Of a DNA stretch of 64,000 nucleotides, positions 13,157 to 25,929 are shown in pieces (position 1 is the stretch's first letter; the number at the start of each line of letters is the position of its first letter). The DNA comes from Anaeramoeba ignava BMAN (lineage: Eukaryota > Protista > Anaeramoebae), in assembly GCA_028826165.1 (NCBI GenBank), contig JAPDFW010000103.1, positions 310,001 to 374,000 on the forward strand. Direction: 5' to 3'. Made by a program: the position numbers and the translations under genes. Under the pieces are notes generated by a model, which saw nothing but the letters and a program-made list of their open reading frames with translations, was not told the origin of the DNA and did not search any database.

Positions 13157-16100
13157 ATGGCAGAACAATTATTGAATTTTTCAGAAGAATCATTTAATGT
13201 TGAATTATTAGATGAAGTTGTAAATGCACTTTATTATGGAACAAATGAAGAAGTAAAAAATAAAAAATAAATAAAATAAAAAAATAAATTAATAAAACAA
13301 AATATTTTTTAATAAAACAAAATATTTTTTAATAAAATAAAATAGAGAAATTTTGCACAAGAAATTCTTACAAAATTTAGAGATCATCCTGATTCTTGGA
13401 AAAGAGTAGATGTTATAATTGAATATAGTAATAATGATAATACCAAATTTCTTGCAGTTCAAATACTTGAAAAAACAATTAAATTTAATTGGCTTATAAT
13501 TCCAAATCAACATCAACAAGCAATTAAAGAATTTATATTAAAAATGATTTTTGATTTAAGTTCTGATGATGAAAAAATGAATTCAAATAAAGTTTTATTA
13601 ACAAAATTTAATGAAGCACTTATTGAAGTAAATAATATTAATTTTATAAATGAATTTTAATTTTAATTTTATAAAATGAATTTTAATATTAATTTTAATA
13701 TTAATTTTATAAATGAATTTTAATTTTATAAATTAATTTTAATTTTAATTTTAATTTTAATTTTATAAATGAATTTTAATATTAATTTTAATATTAATTT
13801 TAATTTTATAAATGAATTTTAATTTTATAAATGAATTTTAATTTTATAAATGAATTTTAATTTTATAAATGAATTTTAATTTTATAAATGAATTTTAATT
13901 TTAATTTAAATGAATTTTAATTTTATAAATGAATTTTTATTAAGATTGCTAAAAAAGAATGGCCTCAAAATTGGAGTTCTTTTGTTCAAGAAATGATAAA
14001 CTCAAGTCAAACAAGTGAAACTGTTTGTGAAAATATAATGATGATATTTAAACTTTTAAGTGAAGAAATTTTTGATTTTAATGAAGGTCAATTAACTCGT
14101 GAAAAAACTCAAAATTTAAAAGATTCACTTTATAATGATTTTTCTTCAATATATAAATTATGCGAATATATTTTAATTAATAGTGAAAAAACATCACTTA
14201 ATAATGTAATTTATTTATTTGTTATTATTTAATAATTTATTTATTAATTTATTTTATTTTATTTTATTTAGACAACTCTTGCAACTTTTGAAAAATTTTT
14301 AAAATGGATTCCTCTTGGTTATGTTTATGAAACTGAAATTATAGAATTGCTTTGCAATAAAGTAAATAAAAATAAAAATATTTTAAATATTTTAAATATT
14401 TTATTTATTTTATTTATTTTATTTATATTTAAATAGTTCGTTTCAAATCCAGACACAACTCAAAATGCTTTACAATGCTTAATTGAAATTTCTTTATTGG
14501 AATTCATTCCTAATTATGCACATAAATTTGTCAGTTTATTCAATTTATCACTTGAACCAATTTTGGTATTTATTCCACCAACAACAGATCTTGGAATCAT
14601 TTATGAAAATGGAACAGATAACGATAGAGCACTAATAAACACTTTAGTTGTCTTTTTAAGCACCTTTTTAAAAAATCATCTGAAAACACTGGAAAATTCC
14701 AATGAAGTTGGTGATGAAAAAATATTTATAGCTTTAGAATTAGTTGTTTCGATGTCAAGAATATCCGATATCGAAATATTCAAAATTTGTTTGGATTTTT
14801 GGAATTCATTTGCAAGTGATTTAGTCAATGAAAATATGATATACAATTCTACTCAACGATCATCTGTTCTTGGAATTGGAAATCAAACATATTCTGCAAA
14901 TAATTCACAAACACGATCACCAAGAGTTCAGAAATACGAAGAAATTCTTGCCAAAGTTAGATATATTATGATTGAAAATATGGTTAAACCTGAGGAGGTT
15001 TTGATTGTGGAAGATGAAAATGGAGAATTAACTCGAGAATATGTAAGAGATAATGATACAATAGAAATTTATGAATTGATGAGGAAAACAATGGTTTTAT
15101 TAACCCATTTAAATTACCAAGATATGCAAGATGTTATGCTAGATCAATTAATTGCACAAATTATAGCAACCAATTTCTCATGGAGTAAATTAAACAAAGT
15201 TTGTTGGGCAATTGGTTCAATTAGTGGTTCAATGCCTGAGGAAATTGAAAAAACTTTTTTGGTTGTTGTTTTTAAGAAATTACTTGGGTTTTGTGAACAA
15301 AAAACAGGCAAAGATAATAAAGCTGTTATTGCAAGTAATATTATGTATGTTGTTGGTCAATATCCAAGGTTTATGAGAATGCATTGGAAATTTCTCAAAA
15401 CTATTGTAGATAAATTGTTTGAATTTATGCATGAACCTCATCCAGGGATTAAAGATATGTCAATTCATCGTGATGAAATTGTTATTCTTAAATTCAGCAA
15501 TAACAAAATTATCCCATTTAAAATTGGTGATTTTATAGACGCAAAAATTAAAAACGAAACAAATGAAAATTCTTTGATATCAAATGGAAAATCATTTGTT
15601 TTATTTCCAAATGATAATGTTGAAATTATGAGTGTAAATCAAAATGAAAAAGTTGAATGGAAAAAAATTACAAGCTTTTCTCGCCATCCTTTAAATGATA
15701 ATCTGATCAAAATTAAAACACAGACAAATAGAACTATTATTGCAACAAAAAACCATTCTTTTGTAATCAAGAAAAATGATAAAATTATACCAATTCTTGG
15801 TAGCGATCTTCAATCTTTTAAACATAGACTTCCTATTTCAAAACGATTTATCGTTGATTCTTCTGATGTTATTAATTCAATTAACATATACAATTTTATT
15901 TCATCTCAAAATCAAACAAATCCTAAAAACAAAATTCATTTTAACAAGGAAATCTTTTTAAATTCAAAATTTGGATTTCTTATTGGAATATTCATTTCAT
16001 CTGGAAAATTTGATTCAGATTCAAAACAAATGGAATTTTGTTCAGCAAATTCTTCTTTAAATTTATATTGTTGGGAAATATTTGAAGATATTTTCATTTC

Positions 16101-18537
16101 CAAAAAACAATTTTGGGATTCAAATCTTGTTTTATTTTTTAATAATTTAAGATTGTTTATAAATAATTTAGGATTAGAATTTGAAAACAAATTTAGATCA
16201 TTTTTGTTATTGGCAAATGAATCATTTCTTTCTGGTTTATTAACAGGATATTTTTATCAAAATTTGATTCAAAAAGAAGAAAAGCTAATTCTTTTTTCTT
16301 CTTCACAAAATTTATCTTCTATTATTCAATTAATACTTGCTAGATTTGAAATTTTAACAACTTGTTCTAAAAAAGAAAAAAATACAGATTTAGTTTACAT
16401 TCAAATATTTCAAAACGAAAATTCAAGACAAATTCTTTCTGAATTATTAAATCTGGAATTCATTGAAGAAAATATGAAATTTGTTATTGAAAAAATTAAT
16501 AAAACTTTATCATTAGAAAATAACCAACAAGAAATTAAGAAATTTGAAACTATTCCTTATATTGGAAATATTTCATCAAGATTAGCAACATTTTTCGATA
16601 TTGAATTAAGTAAATTTGTGGATATAAATGGAGATTCAACAAGAAAATCATTACAAAAATTGATTGAATTAATTGAAGAAAAATGGAGTAAAAAAGAAAA
16701 TTTTTTGAATTCATCTGAAATTGAAATTTTAAATTCTAGTTCCATTTTCAATTTCGAAGTTCCTATTGAGTTAAAATTGAAAATCAAAGAATATTTATTG
16801 AAAGCAAAAAATTCACAATTATTATCAAAAAAAGAAAGCATCGAAAATAGATTAATGGAATCAAAAGAACAAATCAACGAAGAAATAGAAAAAGATATCA
16901 AATCACTTAAACAAGCACTTTATAGTGATGTTTTCCATGATTTAATAATCGATATAGAAGAACCAAATTTAGATCAACAAGAATATGTATATGATATAAG
17001 TGTTGAAGAAGATGAAACTTTTATGGTGAATAATTTAATGATTGTTCATAATTCTTGTGATACTTTTTTGAAAATATCCAATGAATGCAGATGGAATTTT
17101 GTTTCAACACAAGGAAAAGACACAAGTCCATTTATCAACAAAATCATCAACAAACTTTCAACAAACATTTCCGATCTTGAAAATCATCAAAAACTAATAT
17201 TTTTCCAGGCATTGGGAGTTATGATTGCACAAGCAAAAAAAACAGAGAAGGAAAAGTTAATTGATAGATTGATGGATTCATACAATGCATTATGGGAGCA
17301 TTCGATGAGAATTGTTTTATCAAATAATATAAAAATGGCTGATTCAGATTTTTGCAAAGATTTGATTTATATTTTGAAAATTAATTCAAGAGTGGCACTT
17401 AGTGCAGGATCACCATTTCGCAAACAGTTTATGTTTTTATTCCCAAATATGCTGAATATTTATGAAATTTATTCCAAATTAATAAATGAAATTATAAACA
17501 GCGATGGAAGTCGAATAATCAAAAAACAAAAAATAAAAAATTTAAATTCAGTGAAAAAAGAAGTGCTTGGATTAATACAAACATTTATTTACAAAAGCAT
17601 AGATCCGCAAATGATTGTTCGCGATATCATTCCATCCTTATTTGAAATTATGTTGGTAGAGTATAAAAACTCGCTTCCAGAAACAAGATGCCATGAAGTG
17701 TTGTATGTATTAACAACCATTGTAGAAAAAGTGAAAGGGTTGATTTCAAGCAAAATCCCAGAAATTATGGAGTCAATTTTTGAATCAACAATCCAAATGA
17801 TTTCTCTGAATTTCGAAGACTATCCTGAATTTCGGCTCCATTTCTTCAAATTGATTCAAACAATCAATAAAACTAATTTCAATCATTTATTCCAATACAC
17901 ATCAAATAACTTCCAAGTTTTTGTAGATAGTGTGATTTGGGGTGTTAAGCACAATGATAGAAACATTTCTGAAATTGGACTCCAAATACTTATTGATTTG
18001 ATTAATAATATTTTATCTGTTCCTAATATTGCAAATGGTTTTTTCCAAGCGTTTTATCTTTTGATAATTGAGGAAATTTTCAAAGTTTTGACAGATACTT
18101 TCCACAAATCAGGATTTCCTTTACAAGCTGATATTATACAAAAAATGATCAAATTTGTTTCTTTAAATCAAATTTCTGTTCCACTTTTTGATTCTGCTCA
18201 AAATAATCTTGAAAATGAAAAATATTTAAGAATTTATCTTGTTAATTTCTTTTCAAATCAATTTTCAAATTTAAATCAAACTCAAATTGAAATTTTTGTT
18301 GATGGTTTGTTTGAATTAAAACAAGATTTACCTAAATTTAAAATTCATTTAAGAGACTTTTTAATTCAATCAAAAGAATTTTCTCAACAAGATAATAAAG
18401 AATTATTTGAAGAAGAAAAAAAACGTCAACAACAAGAAGATTTAGAAAAGAAAAGTGCAATTCCAGGTTTAGTTTCAATTCGAGAAAAACCAGAAGAGAA
18501 TGTTGATTTAGAAGAAAAATCAAATGATCAAAATTAA
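13157..18537 (+). CDS. XPO1: Exportin-1 (CRM1) precursor containing an intein
   Basis: Exons 13157-13252, 13346-13627, 13946-14205, 14272-14361, 14437-18537. CRM1 motifs [77 protein letters not shown] and FKIHLRDFLIQSKEF. Confidence 0.97.
15460..17052 (+). mobile_element. Intein (531 aa) in CRM1 with a degenerate LAGLIDADG homing endonuclease
   Basis: In-frame insertion that splits the conserved HP/DGxxDM(A)CDTF motif. Starts SIHRDE, has block B IIATKNHSF, and ends with blocks F/G YVYDISVEEDETFMVNNLMIVHN; the +1 residue is Ser. Endonuclease-like blocks FGFLIGIFISSG and FLSGLLTGYF lack the catalytic acidic residues. Confidence 0.96.
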
Positions 18538-18658
18538 AAATTTTAAAACTTAAAAAAGGAAAATAAAATTCAAAAAAATAATAAATATTTTTCAAACAAT
18601 TTATTTAAAAATTAAAATAATTAAAATAATTCAAATAAATTAAAATTTAAATCAAAAT

Positions 18659-19655
18659 TCAATACCACTTTACTCCAGAATCATCTTTATTTGATTTTTC
18701 AGAGAAATCTTCCCATTTTTCAAATTCATTTTTCTTTTTATTTTTATTTTTAATTTCATTTCCATTTTTAATTTCATTTTTAATTACAAAAGTTTCAACA
18801 ATTTCAAAATCATCGAAAGTATTTTCTTCTTTTTTTTCATTTGAAACTTGATTATTTTTGGAATCTTCTTTAGGAGAAGTATCTGATTTAATATCTAATA
18901 AATTTTCAAAAACATTATCAAATATCAAATCCTTTTTATCAGGAAGTTTTGATTTTCTTTTTTGATTTGAATTTGAATTTGAATTTTTTTGAAATGAAAA
19001 AAGAGATTTTTTGGATTGAAATTTTTGTGTAGTTTTTCTTTCTGATAAAAATGGTTTTTCTAATTGAAATTTTTGAGATTTTGCTGAATAAAGTAATTTT
19101 GTTTCTGAAATATTAACAACTTGAAAAATTGAATTTAATTTTTTTGATAAAGAATCAACTAAATCATTTGGATTTTGAATTTTTTGATTTTTATTTAATT
19201 CAATTTCTTTTAGAATATTTGATAAATTTTGGAATTGAGTAAATAAATTATTTTTCATTTGTTCTTGTTCTTTTGATAATTTATATTTTAATTTTGGAAA
19301 GTTTTCAAAAAAATAACTCAAATCTTGAATAAGAGATTCTTTATGTTTTTGAATATTTTCATTCCGAACTCTTTTTTCTTCTTTAATTGATTCAATCTAG
19401 AATAAAAATTGATTTAAAAAAAAAGGGAATTTGAATTTGAATTTAAAAAAATTTTTTTTTAATAATTTAACAAACCATTAAAGAAATTGTTATTTTTAAT
19501 TGACGTATTTTTTCTGATATTGTTTTTAATGTAGAATCATAACCTGAAATTAAAAAGAACAGAAAAGAAAAGAAAAGAAAAAAAAATAATTTTAATTAGT
19601 CATTCTATATATTAAAAAAAATTTTTTTAAATTCTTAAAATAAAAATTAACTCAT
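18659..19655 (-). CDS. Hypothetical protein (N-terminal coiled coil, charged tail)
   Basis: Probable exons ATGA (19655-19652), about 19543-19476 and about 19397-18659, giving MSYDSTLKTISEKIRQLKITISLMIESIKEEK... No family recognised. Confidence 0.55.
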
Positions 19656-19769
19656 TTTTTGTTTTGAAGAAAAGAGAAAAAAGGATTAAAAAAAAAAAAT
19701 GAAAAAAAAAAAATGGAAAAAATTTTTTCATTTTTTTTTCATTTAATAAATAATAAACTAATAGAAATA

Positions 19770-22700
19770 ATGCAAACACAACTTCAAATGGTTGATTATG
19801 ATGGGAATTTCAATCCCAATTTATCAGAAGAACTTGAAAAATGGGAATTAGTTCGAAAAAGAAAAGATTATCATATAGTTTCAGTTGTTGGATGTCAAAG
19901 TAGTGGAAAAAGTACTTTATTTAATTTATTATTTCAAACAAATTTTCCAGTTATGGATTCAGATCAAGGACGAACACAGACAACAAAAGGAATATGGGTT
20001 GATAAGTCTACAAATGGAGAAATTTTAGTAATTGATGTTGAAGGAACAGATTCTTCAGAAAGAGGTGAAGAACATGAAGTAAATAAATTTTCTAACGAAT
20101 TTATAATTAAAATTTATCTATTGAATTTATAACGAAATTTATAATTAAAATTTATCTATTGAATTTAAAAACAATTTATCTATTAAATTTAAAAACAATT
20201 TATAATTAAAATTTATAATAAAATTTATAATAAAATTTACAATTAAATTTATAATTAAAACTATAATTAAAATTTATAATTAAAATTTATAACGAAATTT
20301 ATAATTGAATTTATAATTAAAATTAAAAACAATTTATCTATTAAATTTAAAAACAATTTATCTATTAAATTTATAATTGAAATTTATAATTAAAATTTAT
20401 AATTAAATTTATAATTAAAATTTATCTATTAAATTTATAATTATAATTAAAATTAAATTTATAATTAAAATTTATAATTAAAATTTATAATTAAAATTAA
20501 AAACAATTTACAATTAAATTTATAATAAAAATTTATCTATTAAATTTATAATTGAAATTTATAATTAAATTTATAATTAAAATTTATAATAAAATTTATA
20601 ACGAAATTTATAATTAAAATTCACAATTAAAACTAAAAACAATTTATAATTAAATTTATAATTAAAACTAAAAACAATTTATAATTAAAATTTATAATAA
20701 AATTTATAACGAAATTTATAATTATAATTAAAATTTATCTATTGAATTTATAATTAAATTTATAATTAAATTTAAAAACAATTTATAATAAAATTTATCT
20801 ATTGAAATTTATAATTAAAATTAAAAACAATTTATAATTAAATTTACAATTAAATTTACAATTAAATTTATAATTAAATTTATAATAAAATTATAATAAA
20901 ATTTACAATTAAAATTTATAATTAAAATTATAATTAAAATTTATCTATTAAATTTATCTATTAAATTAGCAATTTGCTCGTAAATCTGCTTTGTTTTCTT
21001 TTGCTTTGTCTGAAGTTTTAATTATTAATATGTGGATGCAAGATATTGGTAGATATAGTGCTGCTAACAAAAGTCTTTTAAAAACTGTTTTTGAAGTTCA
21101 TTTAGAATTGTTTTGTTCGGAAACGTAAATTTGTTTCTTTTTTTTTAGAATGTTATCTTATATTTTTTAAAAAAATTTTTTTTTTCTTTTTTGTGATTTT
21201 TAATTGAAAAATTTTTCAGATCAATTAAAAACTCAACAATTCAAATTCAAATTCAAATTAAAATTAAAATTATAAACTCAACAATTAAAATTAAAATTAA
21301 AATTAAAATTAAAATTATAAACTCAACAATTAAAATTAAAATTAAAATTAAAATTAAAATTAAAATTAAAATTCAAATTAAATAAAATTAAAATTAAAAT
21401 TAAAATTAAAATTAAAATTAAAATTAAAATTAAATTTAAAATTAAAATTTAAAATTAAAATTAAAATTAAAATTAAAAATTAAAATTAAAATTAAAATTT
21501 AAAATTAAAATTAAAATTAAAATTAAAATTAAAATTAAAATTAAAATTAAAATTAAAATTAAAATTTAAAATTAAAATTAAAATTAAAATTAAAATTAAA
21601 ATTAAAATTAAAATTAAAATTAAAAATTAAAATTAAAATTAAAATTAAAATTAAAAGTTCGAAAACATTTTTGTTATTCATTATTCGAGATCATACACTC
21701 ACACCATTAAATGTATTACAAGAACAAATTATGAAAGATGTGCATGAAATTTGGGTACAAATAGCCAAACCAGAAGAATTTTCCAAATCCAAAATTGAAG
21801 ATTTTTTCTCGATTGAAATTACATCATTACCACATAAAATTCATGAACCTGAAAAATTTAATGAAGGAATTGAATTATTGAAACCTAGATTTTTTAATCC
21901 TCAAACTGATAATTATTTGTTCCAAAAACAATTTTTTAAAGGAATTCCTATTGATGGATTTTCAAAATTTTCAGAATCAATTTGGAAAGTTATTCTTGAG
22001 AATAAAAATTTAGATATTCCTACTCAAAAACAAATGTTGTCTCTTTTTAGATGCACAGAAATTTCTGGTGAAGCTTTTTCGAAATTTAAAGAACAAGAAT
22101 TAATTCAAATTATTGAACCTTTAGAAAAAGTTAATTATCTTAAAGATTTTGGGAATCGTTGTGAAAAATTATTATTAAATTCTTTAGGTAATTTTTTTAA
22201 AAAAATATATTTAAATTCAAAAAATATATTTAAATTCATAAAATATATTTAAATTCAAAAAATATATTCAATTCAAATCAAAAAAAATATTTAAATTTAA
22301 ATTCAAAAATATATTTAAATTCAAAAAATATATTTAAATTCATAATATATTTAATTCAAAAATATATTTAAATTCAAAAAATATATTTAAATTCTAAAAT
22401 ATTTAAATTCAAAAAATATATTAAATTCATAAAATATATTCAATTCAAATCAAAAAATAAATTTAAATTCAAAAATATATTTAAATTGAAAAAATATATT
22501 AAATTCAAAATATATTTAAATTCAAAAATATATTTAAATTCATAAAATTTATCATTTAGAATTTTTTGATGAATCTACAAAAAGATACCAAAAAGAAGTT
22601 AGTGAAAAAACAAGAGAAGAATTAAGAGTCAAAATTATCGAAGAACTATTCAAACAATTTTCAATTCAAATGGTAAAAATCCAAGAACACATATGTAGTG

Positions 22701-24585
22701 AATTTAACAAAGAAATAGAAAAAGTAGTTCCAAAAGATCGACCACTAAAACAATTCTCTAGATTAATGAATGATATCAAAATTAAAACAACTTCTGAATT
22801 TGAAAGTCTTGGAAAATCATCTGTTTTTCAAACTTCAGGATGGGAAATTATTCAATTTTCTGAAAAAGTTATTAATGTTATTGTTTCTAGAATTAATAAG
22901 GAAAAAGAAAGAGGTGTTAAATTATTATTGAAAAAAGCTTTGGATTCTTTGGAAACAGAAATCAAAAAAGATATTCCTTTTCTTTTAGACCAAGCTTTTG
23001 AAAATATGTGGCAAAAAATTAGAGAAAAAATTGACCAAATTAGAAATTTATTAAACCCAAAAATGGAAGAATATTTACAAGGTTAATTGAAAACTCCATT
23101 TATAATTAAAATTAAAATTAAAATTAAAATTAAAATTAAAATTAAAATTAAAATTAAAATAATTAAAATTAAAATTAAAATAATTAAAATTAAAATTAAA
23201 ATTAAAATTAAAATTAAAATTAAAATTAAAATTAAAATTAAAATCAAAATTAAAATTAAAATTAAAATTAAAATTAAAATTAAAAAATTAAAATTAAAAT
23301 TAAAATTAAAATTAAAATTAAAATTAAAATTATAATTAAAAATTCAAATTTAAAATTAAAATTAAAATTTAAATTAAAATTAAAATTAAAATTAAAATAA
23401 TTAAAATTAAAATTATAATTATAATTAAAAAGGATTTGGGTTATTACAAGAAGAAAAAAAAGTATTTTATAAGCAATTCGAAGATAAATTAGTATCAATA
23501 ATTTCTAAAATGGTTTCTGAAGCTTCAAATTTTGTTCTTTTAAAAATGAAAAAACGATTTGATGAAAGATTTAGATATGATGAAAAAGGATTGCCAAGAG
23601 TTTGGAGACCAGAACATCCAATTTCCGAAATATTTCAAAGAGCAAAAAGACAAGTTAGAAATCAATTAAAAAAAAATTTATTTGAATTTTAAATTACAAA
23701 AAATTAAATTCAAAAAAAAATTATTTGAATTTTAAAAGGCACATATTGTTTTAGATCTATTTTCATATATAAGATTAACAGAAAATCCAACACCAAAACC
23801 AGAAGATATGATTATTCAAGAAAAAGAACAAAATAATATTCGAACAAATTTCGAAAAAGATGCTGAAAGAGCTTTTATTGAAGCACAATATATGCAAAAT
23901 TCAAACGTTACTAATTTCAAAATTCCTCCAATTTTTTGGATTATTTTCTTTGCTTTAAGTTACAATAAAATTATTTCTATAATGAAAAATCCACTTCTTG
24001 TCATGTTTTTGACTTTTATTGGAGCATTTGGTTATTTAGGTTATCGTTTAAATCTTCATAATATTCTTTCAAGGTAATTAAATTTAATAATTTAAATAAT
24101 TTAAATTGAAATTAAATTAAATATTAAATTGAATTATAAATTAAATATTAATTTAAATATTAAATTAAATTATAAATTGAATTATAAATTGAATTATAAA
24201 TTAAATTAAAATTAAATTAAATTATAAATTAAATATTAAATTGAATTTTAAATTAAATTATAAATTGAATTATAAATTGAATTATAAATTGAATCAATTC
24301 TCCAGATTTCTTGGGCCTACAATCATTCATACTTTAAATGATTTTTTTGGAATTTCTGTTAAAGAACCAGTTAATATTAAATTAGTTGATCCTTTTGCTA
24401 TTTCTGAAGAAACACCAAAACCTTTTGAAGAAACACCAAAACCTCCTAATTCTAATTCTAATGAAAATTCTAATGAAAATTCTAATGAAAATTCTAATGA
24501 AAATGATAATGATAATGATAATGATAATCTTCAAATTGAAAAAGAAGATGATAATATTCAACTCGAAAAAAATGATGATTGGTAG
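19770..24585 (+). CDS. SEY1: SEY1/RHD3 atlastin-like ER-fusion GTPase
   Basis: [69 protein letters not shown] and a C-terminal TM hairpin. Exons 19770-20078, 20970-21124, 21658-22187, 22560-23081, 23433-23653, 23739-24073, 24306-24585. Confidence 0.95.
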
Positions 24586-24858
24586 AAATTAATTAATTAG
24601 TTAATTAATTAGTTAGATTCAAAACAAACTCTTTTTTTTTCTTAGAAAAAATTTTTCTTTTAATTTTTCTTTTGATTTTCTTTTGATTTTTCTTTTGATT
24701 TTTCTTTTGTTTTCCTTTTCTTTTCAGAAAGAAGAAAAATAATTTCAAATTCCACTTTTCTAAATTCAGAACAAAATAATAATTGTTTTTTTTTTCTTAA
24801 ATTTGCCTTTTTTTAAATTTGTAAAGAAAAAACCAAAACAAAATTAAAAGAAAATTAA

Positions 24859-25731
24859 TTATTTTTTTTGTAAAAAATTTAATAAATGATCCAAAGCTTC
24901 TTGAGCATTTCCGTTACATAATTGGACAGCTTGGATTAATTGTTCTGAAGGTGGAAATCCCATATTAACAATATCAACAAAAGTTTTACGAAATTTTGGA
25001 TCTAATTCCTTTATCATATGTTCTGTCTTTTTTGCTAAAATATTTGGAGAATTTATATCAAATTCAAAAGCAAATTGTAACAAAGAAGATTCCAAATTAA
25101 GATCAGAAAAAGTTTTTGAATTTTTTTTATAAGACAAAACAAAATCCATAAATAATTTGGCAATTTCGGTTATTTTCGGTGTGTCTTTCCATTCTGAGAT
25201 ATTTTTGTCTTTGAGAATTGATGATTGAACTAAATTCACAAAGGAATCCAAATCAGGAATTTTCGATTCAAAGATTTCTTTGATTTTTTGAAGAAAGATT
25301 CCAGAATTTGAATCGAACCATTTTTGGATTCTTTCATCAAAAAAGGAAGTAGTAATGTTTTTTATATAATTTGCCGTTAAGGTTTTTAAACTGCCTAAAT
25401 CAACTGGAGGGAATAAATTTGATTCAACTGAAAATTTTGCAATTTTTTCTAATTGACTTTTGTCATCAACTACATAAAGATAAAGAATCTTGTTTTTTTC
25501 TGTTTTTATGCTTGAAATTGCTTCCCAAAGATTCCCTTCATTTGAAATTTCTTTCCATTGTTTTTCTTCAGTTTTTTGATAAATTATTTTCTTTTGATTT
25601 GAATTTAATGCTTTATCATTTTCACACATTTTGTTAATAAGTTTTATTAAAAAAGCAAATGAAACATCTTGTGGAAGAGCAAATCGTCGCAAAACAGAAG
25701 GTGTTTTAATTTTAAATCTTATTTTTTCCAT
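24859..25731 (-). CDS. PB1 + UBA domain protein (p62/NBR1-like adaptor, no ZZ finger seen)
   Basis: N-terminal PB1-like IRFKIK...LRRF...IIYQKTEEKQWKEISNEGNLWEAI. C-terminal UBA IVNMGFP...AVQLCNGNAQEALDHLL. Confidence 0.7.
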   Translation of the reverse strand: MEKIRFKIKTPSVLRRFALPQDVSFAFLIKLINKMCENDKALNSNQKKIIYQKTEEKQWKEISNEGNLWEAISSIKTEKNKILYLYVVDDKSQLEKIAKFSVESNLFPPVDLGSLKTLTANYIKNITTSFFDERIQKWFDSNSGIFLQKIKEIFESKIPDLDSFVNLVQSSILKDKNISEWKDTPKITEIAKLFMDFVLSYKKNSKTFSDLNLESSLLQFAFEFDINSPNILAKKTEHMIKELDPKFRKTFVDIVNMGFPPSEQLIQAVQLCNGNAQEALDHLLNFLQKK

Positions 25732-25929
25732 TAATAAATGAAATTTTTGAAAATCAAAAATGAAAAAAATAAAAAAGAATTTAATTTTTTTAATTTTTTT
25801 AATTTTTTTAATTTTTTATTTTTAATTTTAATTTTGGATCAAATCTTTTTTTTTATTGTAAAAGAAGAAAAAAGGGAAAAGAAAAAAGTAAAAAAATGGA
25901 ATCTTTTTGAAAGAAAAAAAATTTTTTTT

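Noticed and set aside
15280-15300. Idea that the CRM1 intein sits at the leptomycin-B cysteine
   Set aside because: The Cys528 equivalent is in LLGFCEQK, about 55 residues upstream and intact. The intein is next to a different Cys (CDTF).
19476-19655. Weak resemblance of the hypothetical protein's N-terminus to SKA1
   Set aside because: No SKA1 C-terminal microtubule-binding domain is visible, and the similarity could be generic coiled coil.
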